Assembly (NCBI GenBank): GCA_964035545.1
Contig: OZ037772.1
Coordinates: 10,600,818 to 10,664,817, forward strand
DNA from: Bugula neritina
Lineage: Eukaryota > Animalia > Bryozoa
Length of the DNA stretch: 64,000 nt
Direction of reading: 5' to 3'
The translations under genes and the position numbers were made by a program. Positions within the stretch are counted from its first letter, which is position 1; every line of letters begins with the position of its first letter. Positions 63,919 through 64,000 of the stretch are shown here, piece after piece. Below the pieces are notes generated by a model. The model made no database searches. It worked only from the letters and a program-made list of their open reading frames with translations, and was not told where the DNA came from.

Positions 63919-64000
63919 GTTTGGTAGCTCCAAACAAGTTTCAATGTAATTCTTTATAATACAATAATTTAATTCTATGATTTCTCTGATTTTCTTATGC

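Overview
AT-rich, intron-containing metazoan (invertebrate-type) genomic DNA. I spliced five genes by hand using GT-AG boundaries and phase checks: (1) a complete NEK6/7 kinase (minus strand, 7103-25414, 10 coding exons, 322 aa); (2) Dr1/NC2-beta, head-to-head with it (plus, 27480-30299, 233 aa); (3) an uncharacterised gene (plus, 32615-41044, one internal exon unresolved); (4, 5) a divergently transcribed paralogue pair of type-II membrane proteins with the architecture TM / WSC / TSP1-like / WSC-like / CHST-type (RSGSS...FEP) sulfotransferase (minus 41965-54660, complete, 684 aa; plus 56935 to beyond the window end). The introns hold two giant foldback DNA transposons with about 600 and 780 bp near-perfect arms and AT target duplications (ISL2EU-like, one with a dead transposase). 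They also hold a hAT-Charlie remnant with a nested foldback, a tRNA-derived SINE family with 16-17 bp TSDs, two MITE families, and many private minisatellites that tend to abut 5' splice sites. The strongest candidates for novelty are the WSC + CHST-type sulfotransferase pair, the long-arm foldback elements and the donor-proximal tandem duplications. All calls come from reading the sequence; no searches were run.
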